A stretch of 64,000 bases of DNA from Lophium mytilinum (taxonomy: Eukaryota), in assembly GCA_010093605.1 (NCBI GenBank), contig MU004190.1:558001-622000 (forward strand), given 5' to 3'. The position numbers and the translations under genes are program-made. Shown here piece by piece: positions 1 to 12,303 of this stretch; within the stretch, counting starts at the first letter, position 1, and every line of letters begins with the position of its first letter. A model generated the notes under the pieces. That model searched no databases. It worked only from the letters and a program-made list of their open reading frames with translations, and was not told the DNA's origin.

Positions 1-1304
1 AGGGTGAGTTGGTACTTCAGCACGTGGCGGTGGCAGGCGAAGAAGGACGGGATGCGGGATGCGATGTCGAGGGCTTCAGAGGAACAGAATTGGGGGGCCT
101 CGGTGACTTGTGCGCGGTGGCCGAGTGGGAGGCGCATATAAAGCTTGTAGAGCCGAGCTGAGCGGCCGGATAAAGTGGCGGACTTCGTGGCAGCCATGCA
201 GCGCGTGAGGTAGAGAGACCCATGGTAGACGTCCTCGAAGACGCGGAAGTCGCCCGTTTGGAGGGGTGTTGCGGCGGCTTGGGTGTGAGCTTGCTCTTGG
301 GGTCGAGAGTATACTGGAGAGATGGGTGTCTCTGAATCTTGAGAGGTTCTCCGGGAAGGTGAGTATAAAGCCGGCCGGTGCGTGTCCTGGTTTGGCGCAT
401 CTCCACCCTCATCCAATGACTCCGTGGTTAAAGCATCTCCTGACGTCCGATGATGATCCATCGTAGTGACAACCCCAGCTTCGCGCCTTTCCCTCTTCTG
501 GCGCTCTAGTTCCTCAAACCGAGCAACCGTCTCTAAAAACCCCCTTTTAGCTTTCTGAAACATGAAATAGCTCCTCACATTAACAGCCTCTAACCCAATC
601 CTATGAACATGCCCCAGCATCGCCACAACCGGCACCACCTTTGCATACGTCCGAAACCCGCCAAACATATCCAGCTTCGCCAAAAAGAACACAAAAGTGC
701 CACATGGCGTCTCCACCATCTCATCAATCCCACGAAACCAGAACCAGACCAGCAAGCTTTGGCATCCTATATCCATACACTCCGTAAACACCCGCCTCGT
801 CACGCTATTGCGGAAATTCTCTTTAGCATGTGGGCTTTGCGTGCGGGCGCCAGTGAGGCACTGCCACGCGAAGATCTGCAGGATGATGAACGCTTCCACA
901 GCGTAGATCTCGGCGGCGTTGACAGCGGCGTAGAGGATGGAGACGATGAAGAGGGCGACGGTGAACACGGTGATGCTGTCGCGGAGGAAGGGGGCTTCGG
1001 AGGCGAGGAAGTATTTGGCGAACCAGACGGCGAGGGCTTGGGTGTAGATGCCGATTCGGATTCCGATGCCGTAGATGTCGTTGTTGCCGGTGAAGCCGCA
1101 GTGGTGGGCGGCGCGGGGCTGGAGTGGTTTCGTGCTTTCGTGGGTTTGCGAGATCTGCTCGATTCTGTCCTTTATGAGAATCGAAGCATGGAGGCCAGAG
1201 TTCCAGTTTGCGCTTGTACGTAGCGCGTTTGTGAGAGTTGATGAAAGGAGAATGGTGGCTATAAATGCAATGAGATAAACGAAACGAGTTTCTATTTGAA
1301 ACAT
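1..1304 (-). CDS. Uncharacterised fungal multi-pass membrane protein with signal peptide; 3' end runs off the window
   Basis: Not in the ORF track because it is open at the edge. Manual translation from ATG 1304: MFQIETRFVYLIAFIATILLSSTLTNA (signal-like) ... CGFTGNNDIYGIGIRIGIYTQALAVWFAKYFL ... several hydrophobic segments ... LLVWFWFRG ... PCGTFVFFLAK; no stop found down to base 1. Confidence 0.75.
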   Translation of the reverse strand, partial: MFQIETRFVYLIAFIATILLSSTLTNALRTSANWNSGLHASILIKDRIEQISQTHESTKPLQPRAAHHCGFTGNNDIYGIGIRIGIYTQALAVWFAKYFLASEAPFLRDSITVFTVALFIVSILYAAVNAAEIYAVEAFIILQIFAWQCLTGARTQSPHAKENFRNSVTRRVFTECMDIGCQSLLVWFWFRGIDEMVETPCGTFVFFLAKLDMFGGFRTYAKVVPVVAMLGHVHRIGLEAVNVRSYFMFQKAKRGFLETVARFEELERQKRERREAGVVTTMDHHRTSGDALTTESLDEGGDAPNQDTHRPALYSPSRRTSQDSETPISPVYSRPQEQAHTQAAATPLQTGDFRVFEDVYHGSLYLTRCMAATKSATLSGRSARLYKLYMRLPLGHRAQVTEAPQFCSSEALDIASRIPSFFACHRHVLKYQLT

Positions 1305-1906
1305 CGCGATAGAACAATGGGAAGACGCAAAGATCGCATAAGCCCGCGAGATCTAGAAGGAAGCGCATGGTGGAAGTTAATGGTCTTGCCGTGCCCATAA
1401 TGCTATAACTGTGCCGCTAAAGGCTGCTACGCTGCATGTTTCAACTTAGCGCCCGCGCAAAGGCGAGCGCTACAACGGGATCTAGCCTTGCTAGTAGATT
1501 CTGAGGCTGATTAAGAGTATAGAATTATGTCGAAAACCTATAAATATGGAGAAGACTGCAAATTTGTGAGGTCGACGAGGGGTCGCCCTTTAATGACGTC
1601 CAGAAGGTACTGAAAGGCAAGCCAATCATATTCAAGCCAGTGATTACTTCTGATTGCAAGACGCTCTGAGGAGAATTTAGATCATCCTAAATTACGGGAA
1701 CAAATCCCAAGTACCAAGAGAAAGTGATAATAGTAAATCTACCTTCGTCCAAAAGGGACCTTCAACCAACATCAAAACTCCAACTACCACGAGCACAAAC
1801 TGGGGTATTCAAGTGCAAGACATGCAAGGCATAAGGAGGATAATGCAACCCATAGTCGTCAACAACGCCGCCGTCCCAATCAATCCCTGTCAAAGCTTCC
1901 TTTCCA

Positions 1907-3335
1907 TTAAACATCACGCCTAAAAAGTAATTAGCAGGTACTCGATAAAGCATGTTGGAAGTTTGCTCACCAATGCATCCCGGTCCTCTCGACATGAGGA
2001 GTTTTGACCGCATTCGAATCACTGAAAGGATTGTCCTCATCAAAGTCGTCCTCTTCCGGCTCACTCTCGCTTTGGGCCTTCTGCTTTCCGCTCGAGTATT
2101 GAGGCGGAGCAGGCATTGGAAGACCAGTCGGTCTTGGGGGTTTAGCAGGTGCAGCTTCGTTCAAACTGAGGCCTGCAAACGCTGTCTCGGCAGCACGAGA
2201 GTTTGAACGACTCTTCGTAGGCGAAGACGCCATTTCTTGATACGGCCCTTCATTCTCGCTGTCGCTATCATCTTCGATGCTCTTGTCCATGATCTCGAAA
2301 GCCATCAGCGCTTTCACCAACTCGTCGTTAGCACTGAGAAGACTGCCAATCCATTGATCTGACTCGACTAGTTGGATGTATCGTAGGATCTGACGACGCA
2401 ACACTTTGCAAGTCTCGAAGCGGGACATGACCTCGGGATTCGTGCTAACACGCTGTTCCTCACGATTGATGAGCTGGAGCCCATTGAGCAGATTGGTGCT
2501 CGCAACCGAGGCCTGTGCAATCGTTTCGAGGAGCTGGGGCTTCTCTTTCTCCAAGTTGAACGGCTTGTTTTTGCCCTTCTTGTCCTTTTTGAAAATTGAA
2601 GAGCTGGGCAGAGGCGCTGATCCAAGAGCGACCGGTCGTGAAAACGATGCTGATGGGGTGTGCGAGTGGGTTGGAGGCGACGAGGTCCTCCGAGCCTTTG
2701 GCGGCGAAGGTGGAGCTGTAGGTTCATCGTATTCCGCTTCGGCTTCGTTGTCGCGCAAGACCTTCGACTGTTGTGGCTGGGGTCGCTTAGTGCGAGGAAG
2801 CTGCTTGTACAGCGTAGCTATCCGCTCTAATCCTGGAGTAGCTTTGTACGCCACAGCCCACTGGCGGAAAAGTACGTTGACCTTCTTCCGAACTTCAGAA
2901 TCCACCATGTCATCTTTTGCAAGGAGACGAAGGCGTTCGAGAAGGGGTTCGTCTGCAAATGCCCGTTGGAACCTGCTTCCCGCATTCTGGATTAGGCCAT
3001 CTAAGATAGTCAGGGCACGAATTTGACGATGCACGCTTCCATATTTGCTATACCACGTTAATTCAGGTCATGAAACGAACTATTGGCTAGCACGTACAGC
3101 TTCTTGCGTATGGCACGGGCAGCCTCGGTCGGGCCAGATTCCTGAATCCGAATGACCTCGATTAGGTCTACGATACCACCCAAATCGTTCTCTTCGTACT
3201 GCTCGCTGGTGAGGCGGTCAATTTGTACGGTGACGGCCGAATATGGCTTTCTCTGTGATTTGACCCATGAACTTAGCGCGCTGCGCAGATATTCAAAAAA
3301 GCACAATGGACACGGGTTCTGAAGAATAGGAACAT
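1907..3335 (-). CDS. LSB5: VHS/GAT-domain endocytic adaptor (LAS17-binding protein 5-like); first exon uncertain
   Basis: KPYSAVTVQIDRLT...SGPTEAARAIRKKL|KYGSVHRQIRALTILDGL (VHS), GAT region CKVLRRQILRYIQLVESDQWIGSLLSANDEL, C-terminal DNPF motif. Introns near 3048-3097 and 1920-1969. Confidence 0.85.
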
Positions 3336-4384
3336 CTTTGGTGCTGTTTTTATGATGATGGATTGATTTTGACTTCGAGAGTTTCTTGGGCGGCGACTTC
3401 GCCTTAAGAGATACGGGCTTCTTCGAGTATGGGGGAGGATCTTGCGGGCGAGGTCGGCGCCTGTAGGGCGGGGGAGGAGGACGGGCTGACGTAGAAGAAC
3501 ATGTGGGCTGATTGCAGCTCGAGATAACAAGCGCCATAGGAGCAGAGAACCAGAGGAGGATTCAAGGAAGATGGAGTGGGAAGTACAAGCAACGTTGAAA
3601 CATACATTGGTGCGGAGGACTGGCGGCATATCACATTTAAGAGAAGTTTGGCTTACAGGACCTCCGAACATGGTGGCTGCTCGGTTCCAATTCGTCACCG
3701 TGCTATTACGACAGGGCTGAGGTCTGGTGAAGGGTCTCACTCTCGGGCCAGGCTTGGAATGGTTGCAGGTCCTGCCGCTGTTAGAGTGATCGATCTGCTC
3801 AGACACGGGTCGAATGCGTGGATAGATTGTGGCCAAGCCATAGAAGGCATGCGGAGCAGCAAGGTTTCTTAGGGCAGGACATACTAACTGCTGCGCTTCT
3901 TACGTGGACTGGTAACATGCAACGGATTCGAGGGGCGCTGATAGGGCGGGCGTCTGGAGGTGAAAGAGCTACGCGGGGAGCCGAAGCCTGAGTGATGCTT
4001 GGGAGGGCGGCCGGGCTGGAGGGGCCGAGTTCGGGGCTGTGGATCTGCAGTGGAGGGCCTCGAAAGCCGCCTGAATATGCGATGGTGAGATGAAGCTGCG
4101 GTGAGAGACAGAGGATCGCGAGTGCACGCAACGCGGGTTCCTGGAGACGAGTATGATACCGGCGTGGTGTTGTATGATGTTGAAGGTCGTCCGTCGCTGG
4201 GAGCCGCCAAAACAAGTGCCTAGCGGGGCAGACGGGGCACGATGGAGGGGCGGAACCTGGGAACCCACGCCGTGCAACACCAACCAGAGCTCGCATGATA
4301 CAAACCCTCACTCATCTCATCAGCTGCGCACACCACGAGAACGAGGCCTTGCTGCCCTCTGCATCGCCCTGGGGTCGCCCCATC

Positions 4385-6493
4385 ATGTCTGCATATCGCG
4401 GACGGGACATGGACGCCATGCTGGGTGCAGGTGCTAGAGACGCGCCGAGTCATGACGAGGACAACCTGACGCCGTCCCCAATGTGCAGGTATTGCTTCAT
4501 CCTTGTGCCCTGCTAGCCCAGCTCTCCAGACGGTTCGCGAAGGTTAAACTGACAGTGAAGTAGCAAAGTCGCCCCTGTTGATCTAATCTGGACATCAAGC
4601 TTTACGCCTATCAATCGGCTTAATATCAGTTCTAGTCCAGCATCGTCCGATATCAACACCGGACGCTCCAAGAGCCACGGAGACGCCGCCGATGGAGCCT
4701 CCAAAAGAGAAAGAAACCCGGTTGTCGCTGACTATCTCGGTCTCGGCCAAGACATAGAGGCTTCAGAGTTCGCGCTTCGTCTTCAAGACGTGTCCAAGGC
4801 GTCCAAGAAACGTCGACGAAACAGTGGAGATGCTCCGCCTCGCCGAAAGGTAAAAAGCAAGACGAAGAGCGCCTCCACTGCCAAGTCAACACAGAGACGA
4901 ATCTCAGACGGAATGCAGGCCACGAAGATTAACGCCCGGCCTTCAGTCAGCAGTTCAAAGCCTCCAAAGTCTGCTAACACGTCAGTCGACCCCACTACAC
5001 CGAGTGGATCGAGGAAGCACGTCGTCTTATCCGATGTCACCATGAGCAAACTTAATTCTTTCAGATTCCAAGCGGTGGAAGCACCAGTGGATGCCCCTAA
5101 AGACACCCAGCTGCAGAACGAGAGCGTGCCGACTAACGATCGAACCATGTTTTCGGAGTTTGACCAACTGCCAGAAGAGCTTGGTTGCGACGTCGTGCTT
5201 ACCTCAGACGTCCAGCATGATGGCAACGTGGGAGACGATGCATCTCCACATGCAGACGACTCAACTTGGTACACTAAGCTGGACTCAACTCCCGCAACTC
5301 CGGCAATTGACACAGAGGCGAACAACGAACAGAAAAATTCTATCCAATTCAGTTCAGACAATTCAAATCTCGTTCATACGAAAGCCCGGCCCATCGCTAG
5401 CTACACTGATTACGGAGACGATGCTTTTGAACACGTACCTGTCTATGAGTCCGATCACGATTCTTTTGATAACTTGACCGCTGAGGAGCTCGCCGAGTTG
5501 CAGCTAGTAGACCTTCAATCACCATCGAAGGCTGACAATATCGAGTTAACTACATCTACAACAGGGAATCCTCAAGCATCGAATGTGCCCGGTCTGATCC
5601 AATCTACTGACGACTTCGATCTGACAGACGATGGGCTTAGTGACACTGATCTCTTACAGCTAATTCAGTCTTATTCTGACCCTGAGGAGTCACTCAGCCA
5701 CACAACGTCAGATACTGCTTCGAGTACGGCCAACGACGGGAACGCTGCCATGCATCAGGGTAAGGCGCCTGTCCAAGACGAAATCAATCTGGAGGACTGG
5801 ATGTTCCTAGAGGACGAGCAATTCTTTGCCATCGATGACCTGGAGGATGATTTGTCCGAACTTACGGGTGCCCACCATTCCGGCCAGCCTATTGAAGAAA
5901 CGAGAGGACGAACGGAACAATCAGCTGCAGGAGAGCTCGGAGACTGCTTAATTATACCTACGCACAAACACAGCACGTCTACAAACCCCTCGGAACATGC
6001 AGTGACTCGAGGTATCGAAGCCACGTCAAAGGCCGCACGTCAACCTATCGTCAGGCCGCCATTTCCAGATCAAGTCCGTGACCGTTCACCGATCATTGGG
6101 CTCTCTGCTGATATGCGGCTATGCACCTGCTTTCGTATTGGCGAGGCATTCAACTTGGGCTGCAACGCTGTCCGCTCTGGGAAGACGGTGATCATCGAAT
6201 TGTACGCCCGAGTATCGTCGTCCTGGCGTGAAGACGGCATCAAACAGCACTTCGTGTTCGCTGATCTGTTTCACAACCACCCACCCTTCCTCGAAGGCAT
6301 CTATGAGCTCTGGAAGGACTCTGAATTATGGGACTATGACAGCGGCAGGTTTTTGCACGACGGTGCTTCGAAAATGTGCAGATGCATTGGCAAGATGAAA
6401 AAAGATGGCAAACGATGGGCGCTCACGATACTGAACATCTGGGAGGCAACTTGGGATGATATTGAACATGTGCAGGGCATTATCTGCGCCTGA
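4385..6493 (+). CDS. Hypothetical protein: long acidic/disordered region plus compact C-terminal domain
   Basis: 567-aa ORF, open upstream to an acceptor near 4636; probable 5' exons from ATG 4385 (uncertain). C-terminal block PIVRPPFP..RDRSPIIGLS...CFRIGEA...ELYARV...QHFVFADLFH..PP...CRCIG...LNIWEATWDDI. Confidence 0.7.
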
Positions 6494-7041
6494 CTAACTG
6501 GTTGTCTTTCACATTCCTCTCACCGAGCCACGCTATTCCTCATTTGCGACCGGGTCATCTACAATTCGCGGAGACTATGTGGAGGAGGAATCTGACTATT
6601 CCATTTCTCTTCACTTGCGATCTTTGCAAGACATTTTGCTCTTTGTTTCAACAGTCGAGACATCGCGATGACGTATTTTATATTTACTACTACTCACGTG
6701 ATGAGTTTCTTTTGATCATGTCTACCTCTCCTCATCTTAGCCGAAGGCAGATCATGCCTAGGGGATATATAACATACTGATACGCGTTTAATTCAGCTCA
6801 AATAGCCTAGATTTATATATTGATAGTTCTACTTCACCGAAATGTCTTTATCACGTGGCGCTTGCGGCTTAAAGTAACCCCGCGTTCTTGGGCCGTGCTT
6901 AGACTTTTGGACCTCACTGCAATGCTTCCGGGACTCGTCAATGGACTATTATGCCTCCTGAATTTGGTTTGAAATGCTCATACCCACCACACAGCCTCTC
7001 ATCGAGGGTATACACCACCCTTCCTCTTCCTGAACGCCGCA

Positions 7042-9180
7042 ATGGAGATTCGCAATCCTTTTAACACAACATCAGACCCTCTGTTCCCTCCCCCTTCCAT
7101 AGAAGCCATGATAGGAAGCCAGCTGGCCAGCCAGAGGTCATCCCAAACCGTTGTCACTGGTGACAATGGCAAAGATGCTCCTTCCGTCTCAGACTTCATC
7201 GTACGGACACCCACCAAATCGTCGTCCAAAGTTCGTTCATTGTCGGATTCTACGCCGCAACTCTCCCCGTCTCCCAAATTCCGCGAACCGGCGCGCTCCT
7301 CAAAAGATGATCACACCATTATAACCAGTCCCAAAACTCCTCGGAGGCCCGATTTCCTTTCGAGAGGCCTGTCCTTGCAAATGCCCCCGCGCGACTCAGG
7401 CATGCCCAGTCCAGCCAGCTTCGCCAACCGCGTACCGCTTTCACCTCAGCTCGACAGCAGGAACACTTACGCATCGCCCGCATCTGTCCTGCCGCGTCGA
7501 TCACGAGGTGCGGAGTTCTCACGCGCTTGCACCAACCTACATCACTCCACCCTCGCAGAACAATCCTCACCCGACTCGTCACCAACCATTACTCAAAAGG
7601 GCATGATGATACCATCACGGAATCGGCGCTCCAATTCACTCGTGATGGACTCACCAAACATGCACGCGACCTCCGTGTGGGGCTTGACCGGCAACGGCGA
7701 CAGGACCGCAGCTTCCAGCTCTGTCGGGAGCATCAACATGCTGGGGTCGGAATCTTCCAGCAGCGACTCCGACGACGACGCAATGGACCCCGACGACAAC
7801 GACGACCCTATGCTCATGACCCCACACGTCCTCAAATCGAACAACTCGGGAGCACCTTTCGGCGGTGTATCTGCACCGAGCCCTGGGAGCACCTGGACCT
7901 CGAATCTGTTTTCACCCGGCGGCGCACCCACATTTCTGAGCATACAACGGGCGAGGTTGCGGAAGGGAAGGAGCAGGAAGAGCTCTAGCAGCGCGAGTGG
8001 TCACAGCTCGATGGCGAGCCCGGGGCCGGCTTCACCGCCGAATGGAAAGGCCTTCGAAGGCAACGGATACTTTGCGAGGGAAGCTGTCATTCGGAGTGCG
8101 GGGTCGCGGCGGGAGAGCCTATCCATGTTCACGAACGACCTACACATATCGTCTGGCAATGACAGCGGTGACGAGGGAATCGGCCCCACAACGCCTTCTA
8201 CCCCAGGTGTGGTACGACGAGCAGTCACGAGGAGAGGCAACCTACTGGTAGGCTTCTTTCCCATTCCTATCCTTGACCGCAGCATACTGACTTATGAATA
8301 GCCAAAGACGAGACAATTTGGCCGCATCCGCGCCGAGCTCGGCGAAGAAAGCGCCCCCATCGACAGCGAAGTCCGCCGCGAAGCAGAAATAATCCGCCAA
8401 GTGCGCGAAAGCGATGAGTACGAGCGCGTCCAATCCGCGCAATCCTCTCCAAACCTCCTCCCCGCAGTCCCCGGCCTCGATGGCCCCCTCGAAGGCGTCC
8501 CAGAAGAAGGCAGCGAAGGCGACATGAACCTAGACAGCTCCTCCACCACAGCCACCAAAGGCCTCTTCGGCGCCTTCAACGTCGGCCTCCCAACCAACTC
8601 CGGCGGCCGCAACTTCTGGAGCAACTTCGAGCCCCAGTCGCAAGCGCACACCCCACCGCCCCCCTTCTTCCCGCGCGCGAGCTCCTCCGCCGTCAGCGAC
8701 GACATCAACATGGACTCGCCCTCCGTCTCGTCCGCCTCGACCTCTCTGCCATCCACCAGCGTCGCCGGTGCTCAACCTGGAAAAGACCGCTCCTCAACCC
8801 CGCAACCCCTCGCCCCTCCAACCGCCGCCGACGGTCTCAAGAAATCGAACAAGCGCCGCCGTGACGACGATCTCGATATGAATTCCATCAAGCGCCGCGC
8901 CGTCTCACCGAGCTTCAGCGTCCACAACTCTCCCATCCTCTCCCAAAGCCCCGGCCAGCGCGACAACGGCATCTGGAGCACGGCGCAGAAGCCCAGCCGC
9001 GAGGGGTCGGTGAGTGGCACCGGGACCAGCAATGGAGCCAGCACTGGACACGCGGCTGGGGAGCGGTCGAATAGCGGAGGCAGTTTGGCGAGCGCGACGC
9101 CGAATCTAGGGCCGAAGCGGATTGGGCTGCAGGGGATGACGGATACGAATGATGGGTTGATGAAGATGAGTATTGAGTAG
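7042..9180 (+). CDS. Hypothetical Ser/Pro-rich fungal protein, two exons
   Basis: ORFs 7042-8301 and 8401-9180 join through an intron at ~8248-8301 (gtaggc...ctgac...tag), giving RRAVTRRGNLL|PKTRQFGRIRAEL. Motifs FSRACTNLHHSTL, KRRAVSP, TNDGLMKMSIE. Confidence 0.75.
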
Positions 9181-10592
9181 GATGGAGGAATCTTTCTTTC
9201 TCTCTGGCTCTCTTGTGAAGCGATTATCTTAGTTCCGGTGTTGTCATTTGATGACAGTTTTGTTTAATACCCTTGGGCAACATCTAGCGAGCGAGGCGTT
9301 TGGGATTAGTGGGATATCTAGGTTATTACTAGCCTACGTCTTTGATATCCCGATTTGTTGGTAGTTAGTGTGTGGATAGGATAGGGTAAGATAGTGTAGG
9401 ATACACATTAAGCTTATTCTTATCCAGTTCAAATCTTCATTTCCGCTTTTAGTGGGATGCGTAAAGAATGCCCAATAGCTGGACTGTCATTACTCACGTG
9501 TGGAACGGTGTGATTTCCCGCGACATACCCGTGCACCCCTACTTCTCCCCTACCCCTTCTATTATATAAACCCCCTCACCCCCCTTCCCTCAGCCTAGGC
9601 AGGAAAACAAGGGAGGAGTAATCACATCAACACGGAACTCTGACATCTCCTATGGAGTCAAAGATGCCTTGGCAGATTCTCATATTGGAACGTGCAGTGC
9701 AACACAGGAGCAAGAAACGCGCCATGAGAAGTTCCTCGGAGGATCAAACGCCACCAGACACCGCGCCATGGGCGGGTGAGAGGCAACAATTTCATGGCCA
9801 ACGTCGCATGTGGTGGGCGAGTAGTGGTGGGGTGGGGTCGCAAATTGAGAGATCACCCCAGCGAATGGAGGGTGGTGTGTGGCGGAGATGGAAGGGTGGT
9901 GATGATGAGCATCTGGGGCTATAAGCTGTGGTAGTAATTGGCCTCAGGAGGTGGCGTGGTGCTAGAAGTAGTTGTCGACGTGGGTAACATTGCTTTGACT
10001 TCCTGATATCGATCATTGCAAACAATCGGGTTTCTTTTTGCGTGATTAGCGCGAATTTATCTAGACATTTGAGACCAATTGAGGGTACATAAAGTGAGAT
10101 CTTTCACCAAGTTTCCAATAAGAAGCCTACGACACAGAGGCGGGGTGGTAACACTTGACGTGCCTAGCGTGCGTGGATACTTCTTATTTTGCTTTTTTGC
10201 TTTTTTGCCCTTCTGCCAAGCGCGGGTTCGACCCTCAGCTCTTTATATCTTTTTGCATTCTTACTGCGTGAGACCGCTAGCACCCCCGAGGTCCCCCGTA
10301 TCGTCCCTACTACACGTACGTCTCAAGGATAGTTTCTACGGAGGTACAAGCAAGAAGGGACAAGAAACAAGGAGACTTCGGGTGCAAGCTCATGTGGGAG
10401 AAGTAGTTTAGATGATGGTTTTGATTTGGATCCTCTCATGTTAGGGGCTGTGTGAAGATCTCTCGCGCCTCCTAGCCCTTCCTATCGCAGATCTCAAAAT
10501 ACACGTGCTTCGTTAGTAGAGTCGCGCTTGCTGTAAGCCCACCATGCACCGCCCGCCAATACTTTCTGTCATTCCTCGCACGCTTAACCCTC

Positions 10593-11806
10593 TCACCTCG
10601 ACCTCCCACCTCCGATATCCTGTCCCAGCTACGCCACCGTTAGCATCTGTTCCCTTTTGTGACAAGAATAAGAGATCTTAACTTACCCGGTACCCACTAA
10701 TCTTCTCCCACTCTAACTTCTGCCGCGTAATCGGCAACTGCCTCCTAAGCGCCTTGAATGCCCCCTCGCTTAAGCTGCCAAACGCCCGGTTCAAGTCCTC
10801 CTGGTACTTCTTCTCCGCCAGTGCAATCTGTCGCGAGATCTCGGTCGCGGAGGTAGAAGAGAGCGTCACGGAGACAGGCTTGCTGGTCTGTAGGCGCACA
10901 TTGCCGTCTTCGTAGTAGTGCACGTCGACGCGCAGGAGGCCGGTGAGGGTGGAGTTGGAGGGGGAGATGATGTAGTGGGAGCGCCAGCGGCCATTCCTGA
11001 AGAAATGAGAGAGTTAGTTTGGTCGAGGAGGGGAGGGGCTGGGGGAAGGGGTGCGCACCAGAAGTTGTTAGGGCTGTATTTGTTCGCGACTGTTACGACG
11101 GCGATGGCAGAGTCGTTTTCGATGGGGTAGACGCCTAGAGAGGACTTGGGGTAATGCTCTAGTGTGTGTTGGTAGAGCGATTTGAGAAGGGATTTGCTGC
11201 AATACGAGGGTCAGCCTTGAGGTGTGGTATAACGTAGGTAAATAGAACTGGCTCTTACACTAGGTCGGACTGTGGGGATTCGAGGACGTGTGATTGGACT
11301 GAAGATGCTTTCTGGGACCCGTTAGCTAGAGTCTGTGGTAGATAGCCCAGGGTAAGGTACCTGCGTAGCATGGTCGAACGCGAACGAGCTCTGGTTGGCA
11401 ACGTCGTAGTATCGTCCTCCGCCGAGCGAGTTATGTGAGCTGACGATGACCTGGTCCTCTGTATCAGCCTTCGACTCTATCCTCAACACACAAAGTGTTA
11501 TGTCCTACCTCTTCGCTCCCACCAGGTAGCTTCACCGTCGTGAACTGCTCCTCGTTGTATTTTTCGAACGCTGGTTCTAAAGACTGGAGCACGGAGGGGT
11601 CGTCGGCTAGTATTGACTTGATTGCTGCGCACAATGTTTAGGTACGAAGCCGGCCGTATTCGGGGGCAAAATCTGCGTACCCTTTGTAACGTCTTGCAGC
11701 TAGAAATGGGTCAGAAACCTGTGCTTCATGGGGGTGGGGGATGGCTTACCTCTCCCGGCGGGGTGCTCTCCACGAAGGAAGCGAGTGCGGCAGAGTTTGA
11801 TGCCAT
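10593..11806 (-). CDS. CAP1: F-actin capping protein alpha subunit (about 8 exons)
   Basis: MASNSAALASFVESTPPGE|...KYNEEQFTTVKLPG...KYSPNNFW|NGRWRS...VDVHYYEDGNVRL...LSEGAFKALRRQLPITRQKLEWEKISGYR|LGQDIGGGRSR*. Confidence 0.95.
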
Positions 11807-12303
11807 GGTGGAGGTATTAGGGCGATTCGAGAGGAAGAGGCAAACCTGATTTCAGAGTATATTTCGTTGTTGTTGTTGCGGAGGATTGAAGTTGACGGTG
11901 CGGTTGTCGTGGAGTTTGAAATAGCTTGGCGCGGGGACAGCTTCAGCCTTGCGGGCGGTGGTCCTCCAAAAATCCCATCAACTCCACTTTTCATCCGGGA
12001 TAGTGATACAGCGGAAAGCTCGTGCTCTATTGAAAGCTGTGATACCACACACGCTAACAGAAGTGGTACAGTACTATGACATGGCTGCGTGCACGTTTGC
12101 TCCCCATTAGAATAGTCTTGAAACGTGGAACTCCCTTCTACATTTCTGATATGGTGAACCATCCCAAACAGCTACAGAATTAGCACTTGAAGCCTTTCCG
12201 ATTCACGCTATAAGATCCGTAGACACCGTCTAGGTTTGGACTGGCGATCGGCTTTCTCACTTCTGTGCTATCTCCTTCAGTCCCTAGACACTCTATCTAC
12301 TTC

